From assembly GCA_019352195.1 (NCBI GenBank), contig JACAFG010000001.1:130485-194484 (forward strand): DNA of 64,000 nt, in the 5' to 3' direction. Below the pieces are notes generated by a model. It searched no databases. It was not told the origin of the DNA and saw only the letters and a list, made by a program, of their open reading frames with translations. A program made the position numbers and the translations under genes. Shown piece after piece: positions 38,976-48,539 of the stretch. Origin of the DNA: Candidatus Saccharimonadota bacterium (GTDB lineage Bacteria; Patescibacteriota; Saccharimonadia; UBA4664). The first letter of the stretch is position 1. Each line of letters starts with the position of its first letter.

Positions 38976-40169
38976 ATGAATAAAGCTTCAACAAAGCTGC
39001 TGGAAAACCGTCGCCAACTGTCACGTAACCAGGCGGTTGGTTTTGTTGCCACTATGTCGATTGTTGGCATTGTGGTGGTGTGGTCTATCTTTGCTTCGGG
39101 TACGCCAATCGCCTTTGAAGCCGAATCCGGTACGTTCTACTATCAGGAAGACTTGGCCAATCAAACCGGCCGTATCTACATTGGCACCGACCCAGCCATG
39201 CAGACCATTGAATTGGCAAAGCGCCCGGTCGCGCTCGTGCTCGGTAATCATCAAGTCTATAACCTCAAAGGTATTGGCTTTCGCCGCTACGCTAGCAATG
39301 AACAGGCCAATCTCACTGTGGGGGCTGTTTATGACAGCGGTAATGGTGGCCTTATCGAAAACGTATCGATGATCCAAAACGCTGGACAGGCATTGGCCGT
39401 CGCGCCCGCCGGCATGACTGTCCACCGCAGCGTGCTAGCGTTTAACGGCTTCAACGGTATGGGCTCCAACGGTCACTCGCAGGGAACAGGTACATATACG
39501 CTCGATAATCTCACCATGGACAGTATCATCGTTAATAACAACAATCTCAAGCACTTCGGTCTGCACTGCACGCTGTCGTGTGCCACCTCAGGCGTAAAAA
39601 TTGCGCACATGAATGGATATTCGGTTAAAAACAGTCTGTTTGAAAACACACAATCCACCGGTGACGGTTTTTGGTGCGACGAAGCCTGTCAAAACGGTGT
39701 CATGGTAAATAACGTTATCCGCGGTAACGGTGGCTCCGGTATCAGCTACCAAGTCTCAACCACCGGTATCGTGGCCTCAAATCTCATCTACAACAACGGA
39801 ACTGGTATTTCGTTTGGCTCCGGCAATTCAAGTATCGTCAATAACACCCTTATCGATTTGTGGCTTTACGATGACGCTCGCAACGCCGAGGATCTCCGCG
39901 GTAGCAATATTGGACCCGATACCCGTGATATGGTGGTCGAAAATAATATCTTTTCCAGTGGTGCCAGCGGCCCCATCACGATCTTCAAAGTCAACCGCTC
40001 TTCCGAGGCGCAGGCCAGTGATCCCAACAACGACAATACCGGACCTAATACTCCGGGTTTCTTCACCAACCTCGACTACAACACTTACTACCGGATTAAT
40101 GGTGGCGGCGGGACGTTGGTAAACTGGGTTGATAACACCACCGGCACCGATGCGGGGGTCACGACTTAG
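38976..40169 (+). CDS. Secreted right-handed parallel beta-helix (pectate-lyase fold) protein; reading frame continues after an in-frame TAG to 40409
   Basis: Signal/TM segment VGFVATMSIVGIVVVWSIFA. Beta-helix repeats NNVIRGNGGSGISYQ, ASNLIYNNGTGISFG and IVNNTLID. A same-frame ORF at 40200..40409 continues the Thr/Gly-rich sequence. Confidence 0.6.
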   Translation: MNKASTKLLENRRQLSRNQAVGFVATMSIVGIVVVWSIFASGTPIAFEAESGTFYYQEDLANQTGRIYIGTDPAMQTIELAKRPVALVLGNHQVYNLKGIGFRRYASNEQANLTVGAVYDSGNGGLIENVSMIQNAGQALAVAPAGMTVHRSVLAFNGFNGMGSNGHSQGTGTYTLDNLTMDSIIVNNNNLKHFGLHCTLSCATSGVKIAHMNGYSVKNSLFENTQSTGDGFWCDEACQNGVMVNNVIRGNGGSGISYQVSTTGIVASNLIYNNGTGISFGSGNSSIVNNTLIDLWLYDDARNAEDLRGSNIGPDTRDMVVENNIFSSGASGPITIFKVNRSSEAQASDPNNDNTGPNTPGFFTNLDYNTYYRINGGGGTLVNWVDNTTGTDAGVTT

Positions 40170-40436
40170 GTTGGCTACAAACCAATCTCGGCCCTTACCG
40201 TGGCGCATGGTTGGGAAAGCCACGGCACATACAGTACTGATACCACCGATCCATTCTTCACTAATCTTGCCGGCGGCGACTATACAGTGAAGTCATCCAG
40301 TGCAGCCTATCATAGCGCTACCACTTTGCCCGATAACGTCGCAGCCGCGCTCGGATTAAGCACCAAAACAGGATACAGTCGTGGTGCCATCACGTGGCCC
40401 GGACAATAATGTATATGTTTGGAAACGCCAGGCGGC

Positions 40437-41741
40437 TTATTCCAACGTAAAATCGGCACCAACTGCGCGTAGTTTGTCCCAAAAGAATTCGTAACCGCGT
40501 TCCAAATGGTGCACGCCCTCGAGCGTACTTTCGCCGGTTGCTACCGCCGCCGCAATGACCTGCGCCATACCAGCACGAATGTCGGGAATGGTGATAGTTG
40601 TGGCTGCAAGGGGCGTTGGGCCTTTAATTACCGCTGAGTGTGGCTCGGAGTGGTTGCGAAAACGGCAGGGCAGTTCGCCCAAACACTTGGCAAACACGCC
40701 AATGTCAGCACCCATACGTCGCAAATCTTCGGTGTAGCCGAACCGGTCTTCATACACAGTCTCGTGAATTACCGACAAGCCCTCGGCCTGAGTAAGTGAA
40801 ACTACTGTTGGTTGCTGCCAGTCGGTTGCAAACCCTGGGTAGGTATCGGTTTCAAGCTCAATGCTTGTGAGCTTATTGCCTTTGCCTCGGCTAAACGTAA
40901 TGCTCCCGTTACTTACTTCGTAGGTTGCACCCATCCGGCGCACGGTGTTAAGAAATGATACCAATTCGTCTTGGCGCGCACCTTCAACCACAATTTTACC
41001 GCCGGTCGCAATGGCCAAGTTGGCAAATGAGGCGGCTTCTAGGCGGTCTGGCAAAATTCGGTAGCTCACGCCGTGCAGTTTGCTCACGCCGTCAATGGTG
41101 AGGGTACGGTCGGCGCCATATTCAATGATGGCTCCCATTTGCTGTAACAGCTTGACCATGTCTACGAGCTCTGGCTCTATGGCCGCATTTTCGATTCGGG
41201 TACGACCTTTGGCGAGTACTGCCGCCAAGATGACGTTTTCGGTGGCGCCGACACTGGGATAGGGCAGTGTAATAACGGCCCCACGCAAGCCGTTTGGCGC
41301 TTTTGCAATATACGTACCGTCAACTTCGTCAATCACCGCGCCCATGGCTGCCAGCGCGTCGAGGTGAAAGTTAACCGGACGGGGGCCAATGGCGTCGCCG
41401 CCCACAATTGGCACCTGAGCCTCGCCGACCCGGTGTAGCAGCGGCGACAAGGCCAAAATTGAGATACGGTTTCGGCTCGACAGCTTTGTCACCTTAGTGC
41501 CGTGAATTTTGGGGGTATGTAGCGTTAAAACATCGCCTTCACGGCTCACAATAGCGCCAACGTGCGCACAAATTTCCGCAGTAATGCTAACGTCCTCGAT
41601 TTCGGGACAGTTAGCCAATATTACTGGTTCATCGGTAAGGAGGCTTGCAATCATCATTTTGGTGGCGGCGTTTTTGGCTCCCTGTACCCTGACATGGCCG
41701 CTCAGCGGCCGTCCGCCGCGTAATTTCAGAATTTTTGGCAT
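40437..41741 (-). CDS. murA: UDP-N-acetylglucosamine 1-carboxyvinyltransferase
   Basis: N-terminal LKLRGGRPLSGHVRVQGAKNAATK and catalytic Cys region match the EPT fold. 434 aa. Confidence 0.9.
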   Translation of the reverse strand: MPKILKLRGGRPLSGHVRVQGAKNAATKMMIASLLTDEPVILANCPEIEDVSITAEICAHVGAIVSREGDVLTLHTPKIHGTKVTKLSSRNRISILALSPLLHRVGEAQVPIVGGDAIGPRPVNFHLDALAAMGAVIDEVDGTYIAKAPNGLRGAVITLPYPSVGATENVILAAVLAKGRTRIENAAIEPELVDMVKLLQQMGAIIEYGADRTLTIDGVSKLHGVSYRILPDRLEAASFANLAIATGGKIVVEGARQDELVSFLNTVRRMGATYEVSNGSITFSRGKGNKLTSIELETDTYPGFATDWQQPTVVSLTQAEGLSVIHETVYEDRFGYTEDLRRMGADIGVFAKCLGELPCRFRNHSEPHSAVIKGPTPLAATTITIPDIRAGMAQVIAAAVATGESTLEGVHHLERGYEFFWDKLRAVGADFTLE

Positions 41742-41845
41742 AATGATTCCTTGTTTGATTTGATTATACGCTAGTGCTTATTTTGACAGGTAGTTCAAAA
41801 AAATAACTAATTGTGCTCTCGTGTGGTAAATTAGTGCCATAACGA

Positions 41846-42193
41846 GTGTGGCAATTTATGTTCGATCCACAGGTAGATGCGCTCACCGACCTCCAATACC
41901 GCATTTTGCTGGCCTTGGCCGATGGGCAGGTTCGATCGAGCCTGTCCATTTGGAATACGGTGCAAACCGATTCTAAAGCGCACCTCAAAGTTGCCAGCGC
42001 TACCATCAATCGCAGTCTTGCGAGTCTGGTTAAGTTTGAACTCGTCGAGCGTTTACTAGATGACTCGCCCGTCACCTCCCGTCAGCGCCCCAATTATCGC
42101 CTTACGCGAGCCGGCTACGATAGTCTGCACTCTGAGATGATCCGTTGCCGTGATCTCGCCGTTATCATTGGGGCGCGACTCGCCGAGCGTTAG
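41846..42193 (+). CDS. Winged-helix transcriptional regulator (PadR/MarR-like)
   Basis: LQYRILLALADGQVRSS is a recognition helix, and VKFELVERL...RPNYRLTRAG is the wing. Confidence 0.4.
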   Translation: MWQFMFDPQVDALTDLQYRILLALADGQVRSSLSIWNTVQTDSKAHLKVASATINRSLASLVKFELVERLLDDSPVTSRQRPNYRLTRAGYDSLHSEMIRCRDLAVIIGARLAER

Positions 42194-42209
42194 TGGTATC
42201 ATAAATGCT

Positions 42210-43457
42210 ATGAAAAACGCCTTCCGTCGCCTTATTCGACCTCTGATCGAGCAGCAAGTGAAGCGGCTCATTTCTCGTCACAACTTCAAAGTAGTAGCGG
42301 TAGCCGGAAGTGTCGGCAAGACCTCAACCAAAACAGCCATCGCCACAGTGCTTGCCGAAAAATACCGAGTCCGCGTCCACAGTGGCAACTACAACGATTC
42401 CGTAAGTGTTCCGCTAGCCGCGTTTAATCTGGATGTACCGCGTACCATCATCAACCCATTTGCTTGGATTATGCGACTGCTCCAGATGGAGCGAGCTATT
42501 TGGAGCGAGCCTACGATTGATATTTTGGTATTAGAGCTAGGCACAGATCATCCGGGCGAGCTGGCACACTTCATGACTTATTTAACACCTGATTTTGGTG
42601 TAGTTACGGCAATTTCGGCCGAACATATGGAATTCTTTAAAACTATCGAAGCTGTCGCAAAAGAAGAATTTGATCTGGCCCTCGGATCAAAACAAGCCAT
42701 TCTCAACGATACGTTCGATCGCTTGCACTTTCTTACTAAGGCCCTCAAAACTACCCCGATTTGGTACTCTGACGAGAGTTTTCGTCATATTAAGACAAAG
42801 CTTAAACACGATCACGGTTGGGACGAAGATCATTTTCCGCGCCACATTCTGCAAGCCATCGGAGCGGCAGTCGCGGTTGCTACTGAGCTCAAGCTCAACG
42901 ACACGCAAATAACCAGCGGAATCGTCAAATTCAAAGGCGTCCCGGGCCGCATGCAACTCTTAGACGGCCTCGATGGCTCACTCATTATTGACGACACCTA
43001 CAACTCGAGCCCCGATGCCATAATCGCTGCCATGACGTACTTAAATGAACTGCCAATAACCGGCCGCCGCATTGCCATTATGGGTCGCATGAACGAGCTA
43101 GGAACTGGTTCGCCGAAGTATCACACCGATGTGGGCGCAATATGTGCCGGTGTCGATTACCTCATTACCATTGGTGATCTCGCCAACGAATATCTGGGGC
43201 CAGCCGCGGTTGCCGCTGGCCTCGACCCTACCCGCTTCCAAGCCGCCGATTCGCCATACGCGGCGGGTGAGTACGTCAAATTACTTCTCAAACCCGGCGA
43301 TGTCGTGCTCGCTAAAGGCTCTCAAAACGGCGTCTTTGCCGAAGAAGCCGTAAAATTGCTGCTCGCTCATCCGTCCGACGCCGGTAAGCTCGTCCGACAA
43401 TCGCCGGCTTGGCTGAACCAAAAACGCGCCCAGTTTATGGACGCGCCTAAGGATTAA
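42210..43457 (+). CDS. murF: Mur ligase family protein, probably UDP-MurNAc-tripeptide--D-Ala-D-Ala ligase
   Basis: ATP-binding VVAVAGSVGKTSTK with Mur ligase middle and C-terminal domains. Start set to ATG 42210. Confidence 0.65.
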   Translation: MKNAFRRLIRPLIEQQVKRLISRHNFKVVAVAGSVGKTSTKTAIATVLAEKYRVRVHSGNYNDSVSVPLAAFNLDVPRTIINPFAWIMRLLQMERAIWSEPTIDILVLELGTDHPGELAHFMTYLTPDFGVVTAISAEHMEFFKTIEAVAKEEFDLALGSKQAILNDTFDRLHFLTKALKTTPIWYSDESFRHIKTKLKHDHGWDEDHFPRHILQAIGAAVAVATELKLNDTQITSGIVKFKGVPGRMQLLDGLDGSLIIDDTYNSSPDAIIAAMTYLNELPITGRRIAIMGRMNELGTGSPKYHTDVGAICAGVDYLITIGDLANEYLGPAAVAAGLDPTRFQAADSPYAAGEYVKLLLKPGDVVLAKGSQNGVFAEEAVKLLLAHPSDAGKLVRQSPAWLNQKRAQFMDAPKD

Positions 43458-43466
43458 CCAACTAAA

Positions 43467-43940
43467 TTAATACGTGGCGGTTTTGTTGGCTTCCTGTGCC
43501 GCCAACAAAGTATCCAACTCTTGCTGGTGCTTAACCTGCTTGGATGTCACATACGTAATCAACGCGTGCAACATGAGGGCAACAAACAGATAGACCATGA
43601 TGGCGAACAGGGCTGACGCGCTAAAGTAGCCGGTTTCCGAAACGGGATGAGCGGGGAAAATCCCCCGAAACGGCTCCAAGAAGGCTGCTGCCACTCGGTA
43701 AATAAACTGGGTAAATGCGGCCGACGTACTGGCGCTAAAGAGCAGCAAGATAAACCCAAGGGCCAGGAAAGCGCTTGCCACTAGCGAGTAGCCATACACG
43801 ATGTAAGTAAGTACCCGCGAGAACTTCAGGAACATGAGCTTTGTATCGGAGGCGGTAACTGGTTTTTCGGGCACCTTGGTAGGCATTAAAATTATCCTTT
43901 TATCTATATGAAGCCAATTATAGACCTTAAATGCAAGCAA
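43467..43940 (-). CDS. YggT-family membrane protein
   Basis: FLEPFRGIFPAHP matches the YggT PxRxxxP motif, flanked by TM helices. Confidence 0.45.
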   Translation of the reverse strand: MLAFKVYNWLHIDKRIILMPTKVPEKPVTASDTKLMFLKFSRVLTYIVYGYSLVASAFLALGFILLLFSASTSAAFTQFIYRVAAAFLEPFRGIFPAHPVSETGYFSASALFAIMVYLFVALMLHALITYVTSKQVKHQQELDTLLAAQEANKTATY

Positions 43941-44000
43941 GTCGCCTTGTTTTGAGCTTAAGCTAGCCTCAATCTGCCACCCGGGCTATAATCAATACCT

Positions 44001-47000
44001 ATGAAGCGTTATAATCCGTCCGAAATCGAGCCCAAATGGCAGCAAACCTGGACTGACACTCAACTTTACAAGGTGACGGAAGACTCGTCGCGGCCCAAGT
44101 ACTACATGCTTACCGAGTTCCCGTATCCGTCGGGCGATGGTTTGCACGCAGGCCACATCCGCGAGTACACCGTGGGCGATGTTATCGCTCGGCACAAGCG
44201 TATGCAGGGCCACAACGTGCTCTATCCCATGGGCTACGACGCTTTTGGTTTGCCAACTGAAAATTACGCTATCAAACACAAAATTGCCCCGCAAGTTGCG
44301 ACCGCCACTAACGTGGCCAACTTCCGCAGACAGTTCGATCAACTCGGTTTGTCGTTCGACTGGAGCCGCGAAGTAAACACTACTGATCCAGATTATTACC
44401 GCTGGACCCAATGGCTGTTTTTGCAATTTCTGAAAGCGGGACTCGCTTATCAGGATGAAATTGCCATCAACTGGTGTCCCAAAGAAAAGACTGGTCTCGC
44501 TAACGAAGAAGTCGTCAACGGCAAACACGAACGTTGTGGCACGCCGGTCGAGAAAAAGTTTCTCAAGCAATGGTTATTTCGCATTACCGACTACGCTGAT
44601 CGTCTCATTGATGGCCTAAAAACCGTCGATTTCCCCGATAAAATTGCCAACCAACAGATCAATTGGATTGGTCGCTCCGAAGGTGCGGAAATTGATTTTG
44701 CGATCAAAACTCAAACCGAACCCACCTTCTATCAATTCTTTGAGCCGGGCAAAATCAAGCCCGAGCATCCTTTTGTTGAGCGTGATGGCATTTTGGCGAT
44801 TGTGAAGCATTGGAATGAAGACAAATATCTTGGCTTACGTTGGAAGCAGGTGGACTGGGAAACATTTATCACTGGCGGTATAGAAGCCGGACAAACCCCC
44901 GAGACTGCTGCCCTCGCAGAAATCCAGCAAGAAACTGGGTATATCAACGCACGACTCGTAAAAGATCTCGGCCGCATGCACTCGCAGTTTTTCCATGTGC
45001 CAAAAAACCAAAATCGTCACGGGCACTTTAAGATGCTGTATTTTGAGCTCCAAGATGACAAACGCGTGACGGTAGCTGACGAAGAACAGTCGATCCACGA
45101 ACCGGTATGGCTCACTCGGGCCGAAATTGCCGACTTTAAGCTGCCATCGTCCCACCGATTTATGTGGGAGCAGTTGGCCGGCCGACCAAGCGACTCCGTG
45201 CGCGTTTACACTACGCGCCCAGATACATTGTTTGGTGTGACATATTTGGTCTTGGCACCCGAGCATCCGCTGATAGAACGCTACATTCACCAATCGTCTA
45301 ACGCCGAAGAAGTGAGCATCTACGTTAAGGCGGCTATCGGCCGCGCCGAGCTGGAGCGTCAGGAGGCTAAGGAAAAAACTGGGGTCGAACTGAAGGGAAT
45401 TAAGTCCGTTCATCCGCTTACCGGCGAAGAGCTTCCAATCTGGGTGGCCGATTACGTCTTGGCGGGCTACGGCACTGGCGCCATTATGGCCGTACCGGCC
45501 CACGACGAGCGCGACGGCGAGTTTGCCGCCCAATTTGACCTGCCGATAATCCCAGTGGTCGAGCCTGTTACGGGTAACCCGTTACCCGACGAAGAGTATC
45601 GCCGCAGCATTGTGGCTCTCGTGCGCAATCCCAGAACCAATGAAGTCCTCTCGATCAACTGGGGCCAACAGGGTGGTAACATTTTCATTGGCGGCGGTAT
45701 AGACGAAGGTGAAGACGTTGTTGAAACGGCCCGCCGCGAAGTACTAGAAGAGACTGGGTATATAAATCTCAAACTTATTGGCCAATCTGAAAAAATTCAT
45801 CACCACTACATAGCGCACTCCAAGGGCGGTATTAAGCGCGGGATCGATGTTTGGGGAGTCTATTTTGAACTGGAAAACGATGATCGTGACGAGCAGAAAT
45901 TAGAAGCCGACGAGGAAGGTAAATTCACGGTTGAGTGGCTGCCATCGACCAAAGTTGAGCAGCTTGTCAATGACGAACTGCACAAGTATGTTTACGAAAA
46001 ATTCATTGGCCAAAAATGCTACATTGGCTATGGCCCGCTCGTAAATTCAGGCGAGTTCGATGGTCTCCAAGGTGACGAAGCCAAAGCCGCCATAGTGTCC
46101 AGGCTCGAGCAAATGGGTGTCGGCAAAACTGCCAAAAAGTACAAGCTCCGCGACTGGGTTTTTAGTCGCCAGCACTATTGGGGTGAACCAATTCCGGTCA
46201 TTCACTGTCCTAAAGACGGTGTTGTGCCGGTGCCCGACGACCAGCTGCCAGTCACTCTGCCGCCAGTTGAATCCTACGAACCTACCGACACCGGCGAGTC
46301 GCCCCTCGCTGCCATGACCGATTGGGTCAATGTCGAGTGTCCACAGTGTGGCGGTCCGGCCAAGCGCGAAACCGACACTATGCCCAACTGGGCAGGGTCA
46401 AACTGGTACTACCTGCGCTATATGGATCCGCGCAACAACCAAGCATTTGTCGGCGAGAAAGCGCTCGACTATTGGCAGCATGTGGATATGTACTTGGGTG
46501 GCATGGAGCACACCACGCTCCACTTGCTTTACTCACGTTTTTGCCACCAATTTTTGTACGACCAAGGCCTTGTGCCAACCCCTGAACCTTACGCTGCCCG
46601 CCGTGGGCAGGGGATTGTATTGGCTGCCGATGGCCGCAAAATGAGCAAATCAATTGGCAACGTCATCAATCCCTCCGATATTGTTGCCAAGTACGGCGCC
46701 GACACTATGCGCCTCTACATTTTATTTATGGCGCCGTATGACGAAACGACACCCTGGAGCGACGAGCGACTGGGCGGCGTCAACCGCTTTGCCTACCGCG
46801 TCTGGACCCTCGTGCAGCAATTAGCTGCCAACACTACACAAACCGGCGATCCCGATGGCACCTTTGTCACCGAAGTTGATCGCTTTGTTCACAAAACCCT
46901 CAAAAAGGTCCACGATGATCTCCACGACATGCGCTTTAACACGGCCATTGCAACTATGATGGAACTCCTCAATAATCTCAGCACCCCGGCCATCAACACG

Positions 47001-47363
47001 CGCATTATCGAGCCGCGTCACGCCGATTTGGCCACCCGCACCGCCCGCACCTTCGTTTTGATGCTAGCCCCATTTGCGCCCTATATTGCCGAAGAACTCT
47101 GGCACGAACTTGGCAGTGACGACAGTGTTCATACGGCCGCGTGGCCTAGCTACGATCCGTCGCTCATCAAAGACGACGTCGTAGAGCTAGCGGTCCAAGT
47201 TAACGGCAAACTCCGCGGGACCATTTTGGCCGCCGTCGAAGCGTCCGAAACCGAGATCGTGGCCGCTGCTAAAGACAACCCCAACGTCGCCAAGTTCCTA
47301 ACTGGCACAATCGCTAAAACCATCGTCATCCCGCGTCGGCTAGTTAACTTTGTAGTGAAGTAG
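44001..47363 (+). CDS. leuS: Leucyl-tRNA synthetase with two NUDIX-fold insertions in the CP1/editing region
   Basis: HIGH-type motif (PYPSGDGLHAGHIREY) and KMSKS present; editing domain TTRPDTLFGV; C-terminal domain conserved. It is 1120 aa against about 800-860 typical; the two extra inserts are described in the findings. Confidence 0.9.
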   Translation: MKRYNPSEIEPKWQQTWTDTQLYKVTEDSSRPKYYMLTEFPYPSGDGLHAGHIREYTVGDVIARHKRMQGHNVLYPMGYDAFGLPTENYAIKHKIAPQVATATNVANFRRQFDQLGLSFDWSREVNTTDPDYYRWTQWLFLQFLKAGLAYQDEIAINWCPKEKTGLANEEVVNGKHERCGTPVEKKFLKQWLFRITDYADRLIDGLKTVDFPDKIANQQINWIGRSEGAEIDFAIKTQTEPTFYQFFEPGKIKPEHPFVERDGILAIVKHWNEDKYLGLRWKQVDWETFITGGIEAGQTPETAALAEIQQETGYINARLVKDLGRMHSQFFHVPKNQNRHGHFKMLYFELQDDKRVTVADEEQSIHEPVWLTRAEIADFKLPSSHRFMWEQLAGRPSDSVRVYTTRPDTLFGVTYLVLAPEHPLIERYIHQSSNAEEVSIYVKAAIGRAELERQEAKEKTGVELKGIKSVHPLTGEELPIWVADYVLAGYGTGAIMAVPAHDERDGEFAAQFDLPIIPVVEPVTGNPLPDEEYRRSIVALVRNPRTNEVLSINWGQQGGNIFIGGGIDEGEDVVETARREVLEETGYINLKLIGQSEKIHHHYIAHSKGGIKRGIDVWGVYFELENDDRDEQKLEADEEGKFTVEWLPSTKVEQLVNDELHKYVYEKFIGQKCYIGYGPLVNSGEFDGLQGDEAKAAIVSRLEQMGVGKTAKKYKLRDWVFSRQHYWGEPIPVIHCPKDGVVPVPDDQLPVTLPPVESYEPTDTGESPLAAMTDWVNVECPQCGGPAKRETDTMPNWAGSNWYYLRYMDPRNNQAFVGEKALDYWQHVDMYLGGMEHTTLHLLYSRFCHQFLYDQGLVPTPEPYAARRGQGIVLAADGRKMSKSIGNVINPSDIVAKYGADTMRLYILFMAPYDETTPWSDERLGGVNRFAYRVWTLVQQLAANTTQTGDPDGTFVTEVDRFVHKTLKKVHDDLHDMRFNTAIATMMELLNNLSTPAINTRIIEPRHADLATRTARTFVLMLAPFAPYIAEELWHELGSDDSVHTAAWPSYDPSLIKDDVVELAVQVNGKLRGTILAAVEASETEIVAAAKDNPNVAKFLTGTIAKTIVIPRRLVNFVVK

Positions 47364-47474
47364 CTAACGGTACCAATTAACCGATACTTATAATCTAGAT
47401 CGGTATTGCATGTTCGTAATTTGTTCGGTATACTCGGATGTGATATCTGATTATTATGATTACAGAGGAATACA

Positions 47475-47816
47475 ATGAGCGAATTATCTGAGTCAAAAGT
47501 TCGTACAATCGTTAGTGAAGAAATCGAGAAGAGCGTCACTATTGGCGTCATGAAAACGGATGTTTCAAATCTGAAAACGGACGTCTCCGAGCTTAAAACT
47601 GACGTCTCCGAGCTTAAAACGGACGTCTCCGAACTTAAAACTGACGTCCGCCGCCTTAATGTCATGTTCGAACATTTTGGGACAAAAATGGATGCAATTG
47701 CGGAGCTTGTTCACACTACCGTCAGCACGCGCAACGACGTTACCGAGCTCAAAGAGCGGGTCCAGCGGCTTGAGAGCGATGTTACCGTACTTAAATTAGT
47801 AGCACGTAACGACTAG
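47475..47816 (+). CDS. Coiled-coil protein with five 7-aa (21-bp) tandem repeats KTDVSEL
   Basis: In-frame 21-bp repeat array at 47553..47657, with heptad periodicity throughout. Confidence 0.5.
   Translation: MSELSESKVRTIVSEEIEKSVTIGVMKTDVSNLKTDVSELKTDVSELKTDVSELKTDVRRLNVMFEHFGTKMDAIAELVHTTVSTRNDVTELKERVQRLESDVTVLKLVARND
47553..47657. repeat. 21-bp tandem repeat x5 (aaaacgGAcGTcTCcGAgcTt)
   Basis: Read directly: repeats encode KTDVSNL/KTDVSEL x3/KTDVRRL. Confidence 0.9.
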
Positions 47817-47909
47817 GATACGCGTGACATTCGCTAAATCGAGGCTATACTAGGTAATAAGTAGTTGCCAGAAGCTGCCTATTAACGTATAATCGGGATC
47901 AAGAGTGCT

Positions 47910-48365
47910 ATGCACGTCAATGTTCGAGAGTTTCTAAATGAAGACGTAGGGTACCGGCGAACTTTCGAGATCACCGGTGAACGCCCACCCCTTGAGGGTA
48001 TAACGTTAACGGACGACATTAATGGCGATGTTACTATTTCGCGTATTGATGACGGTTTACTCGTTAGCGGCGTAATTCACGCTGAAATTGAGCTCGTCTG
48101 CGACCGCTGTCTACGCTCGTTCACACGCCCGGAACGTATCCAGTTTGAATGGATTTACCGCGAAAAGCCCGAGGACGATGATCTGCCAATTGTGAAAGAC
48201 AAGATCGATTTGGCGCCCATCATTAACCAGGAGCTTATTCTCGCCCAGCCCATCAAACAGCTCCACAGTCCCGACTGCGCCGGAGTTGATGGCAAACCCG
48301 ATAACGAACCAGCCCCCGCGCCTAGTTTGCGCGTTGGCGACCGGGCTCGCATAACGAAAGGATAA
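47910..48365 (+). CDS. yceD: YceD/DUF177 family protein (upstream partner of rpmF)
   Basis: CDRCL...CxxC-like pairs and its position immediately upstream of L32. Confidence 0.7.
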   Translation: MHVNVREFLNEDVGYRRTFEITGERPPLEGITLTDDINGDVTISRIDDGLLVSGVIHAEIELVCDRCLRSFTRPERIQFEWIYREKPEDDDLPIVKDKIDLAPIINQELILAQPIKQLHSPDCAGVDGKPDNEPAPAPSLRVGDRARITKG

Positions 48366-48368
48366 GTT

Positions 48369-48533
48369 GTGGCCGTACCTAAGAAACGTACTACTAGCTC
48401 GAGCCAAGGCCAGCGCCGCTCACACATGGCGCTCGTTCCCACTCAGCTCGTTCCCACCAGCTCCGGAGCACTCGTACCCCGCCGAATCAAGAAGGCAGTC
48501 GAGCTCGGACTCATTAAGCCAAAGAAGGCCTAG
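48369..48533 (+). CDS. rpmF: 50S ribosomal protein L32
   Basis: GTG-initiated 54-aa ORF MAVPKKRTTSSSQGQRRSHMAL..., the classic L32 N-terminus. It is absent from the supplied ORF track, which calls the wrong frame at 48367. Confidence 0.85.
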   Translation: MAVPKKRTTSSSQGQRRSHMALVPTQLVPTSSGALVPRRIKKAVELGLIKPKKA

Positions 48534-48539
48534 CCGCAT

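Noticed and set aside
40167-40169. TAG in the beta-helix gene as evidence of an alternative genetic code (amber suppression)
   Set aside because: TAG is used as an unambiguous stop by strongly supported genes (rpmF, sodN). No other in-frame TAGs were seen in conserved genes, so code 11 is retained.
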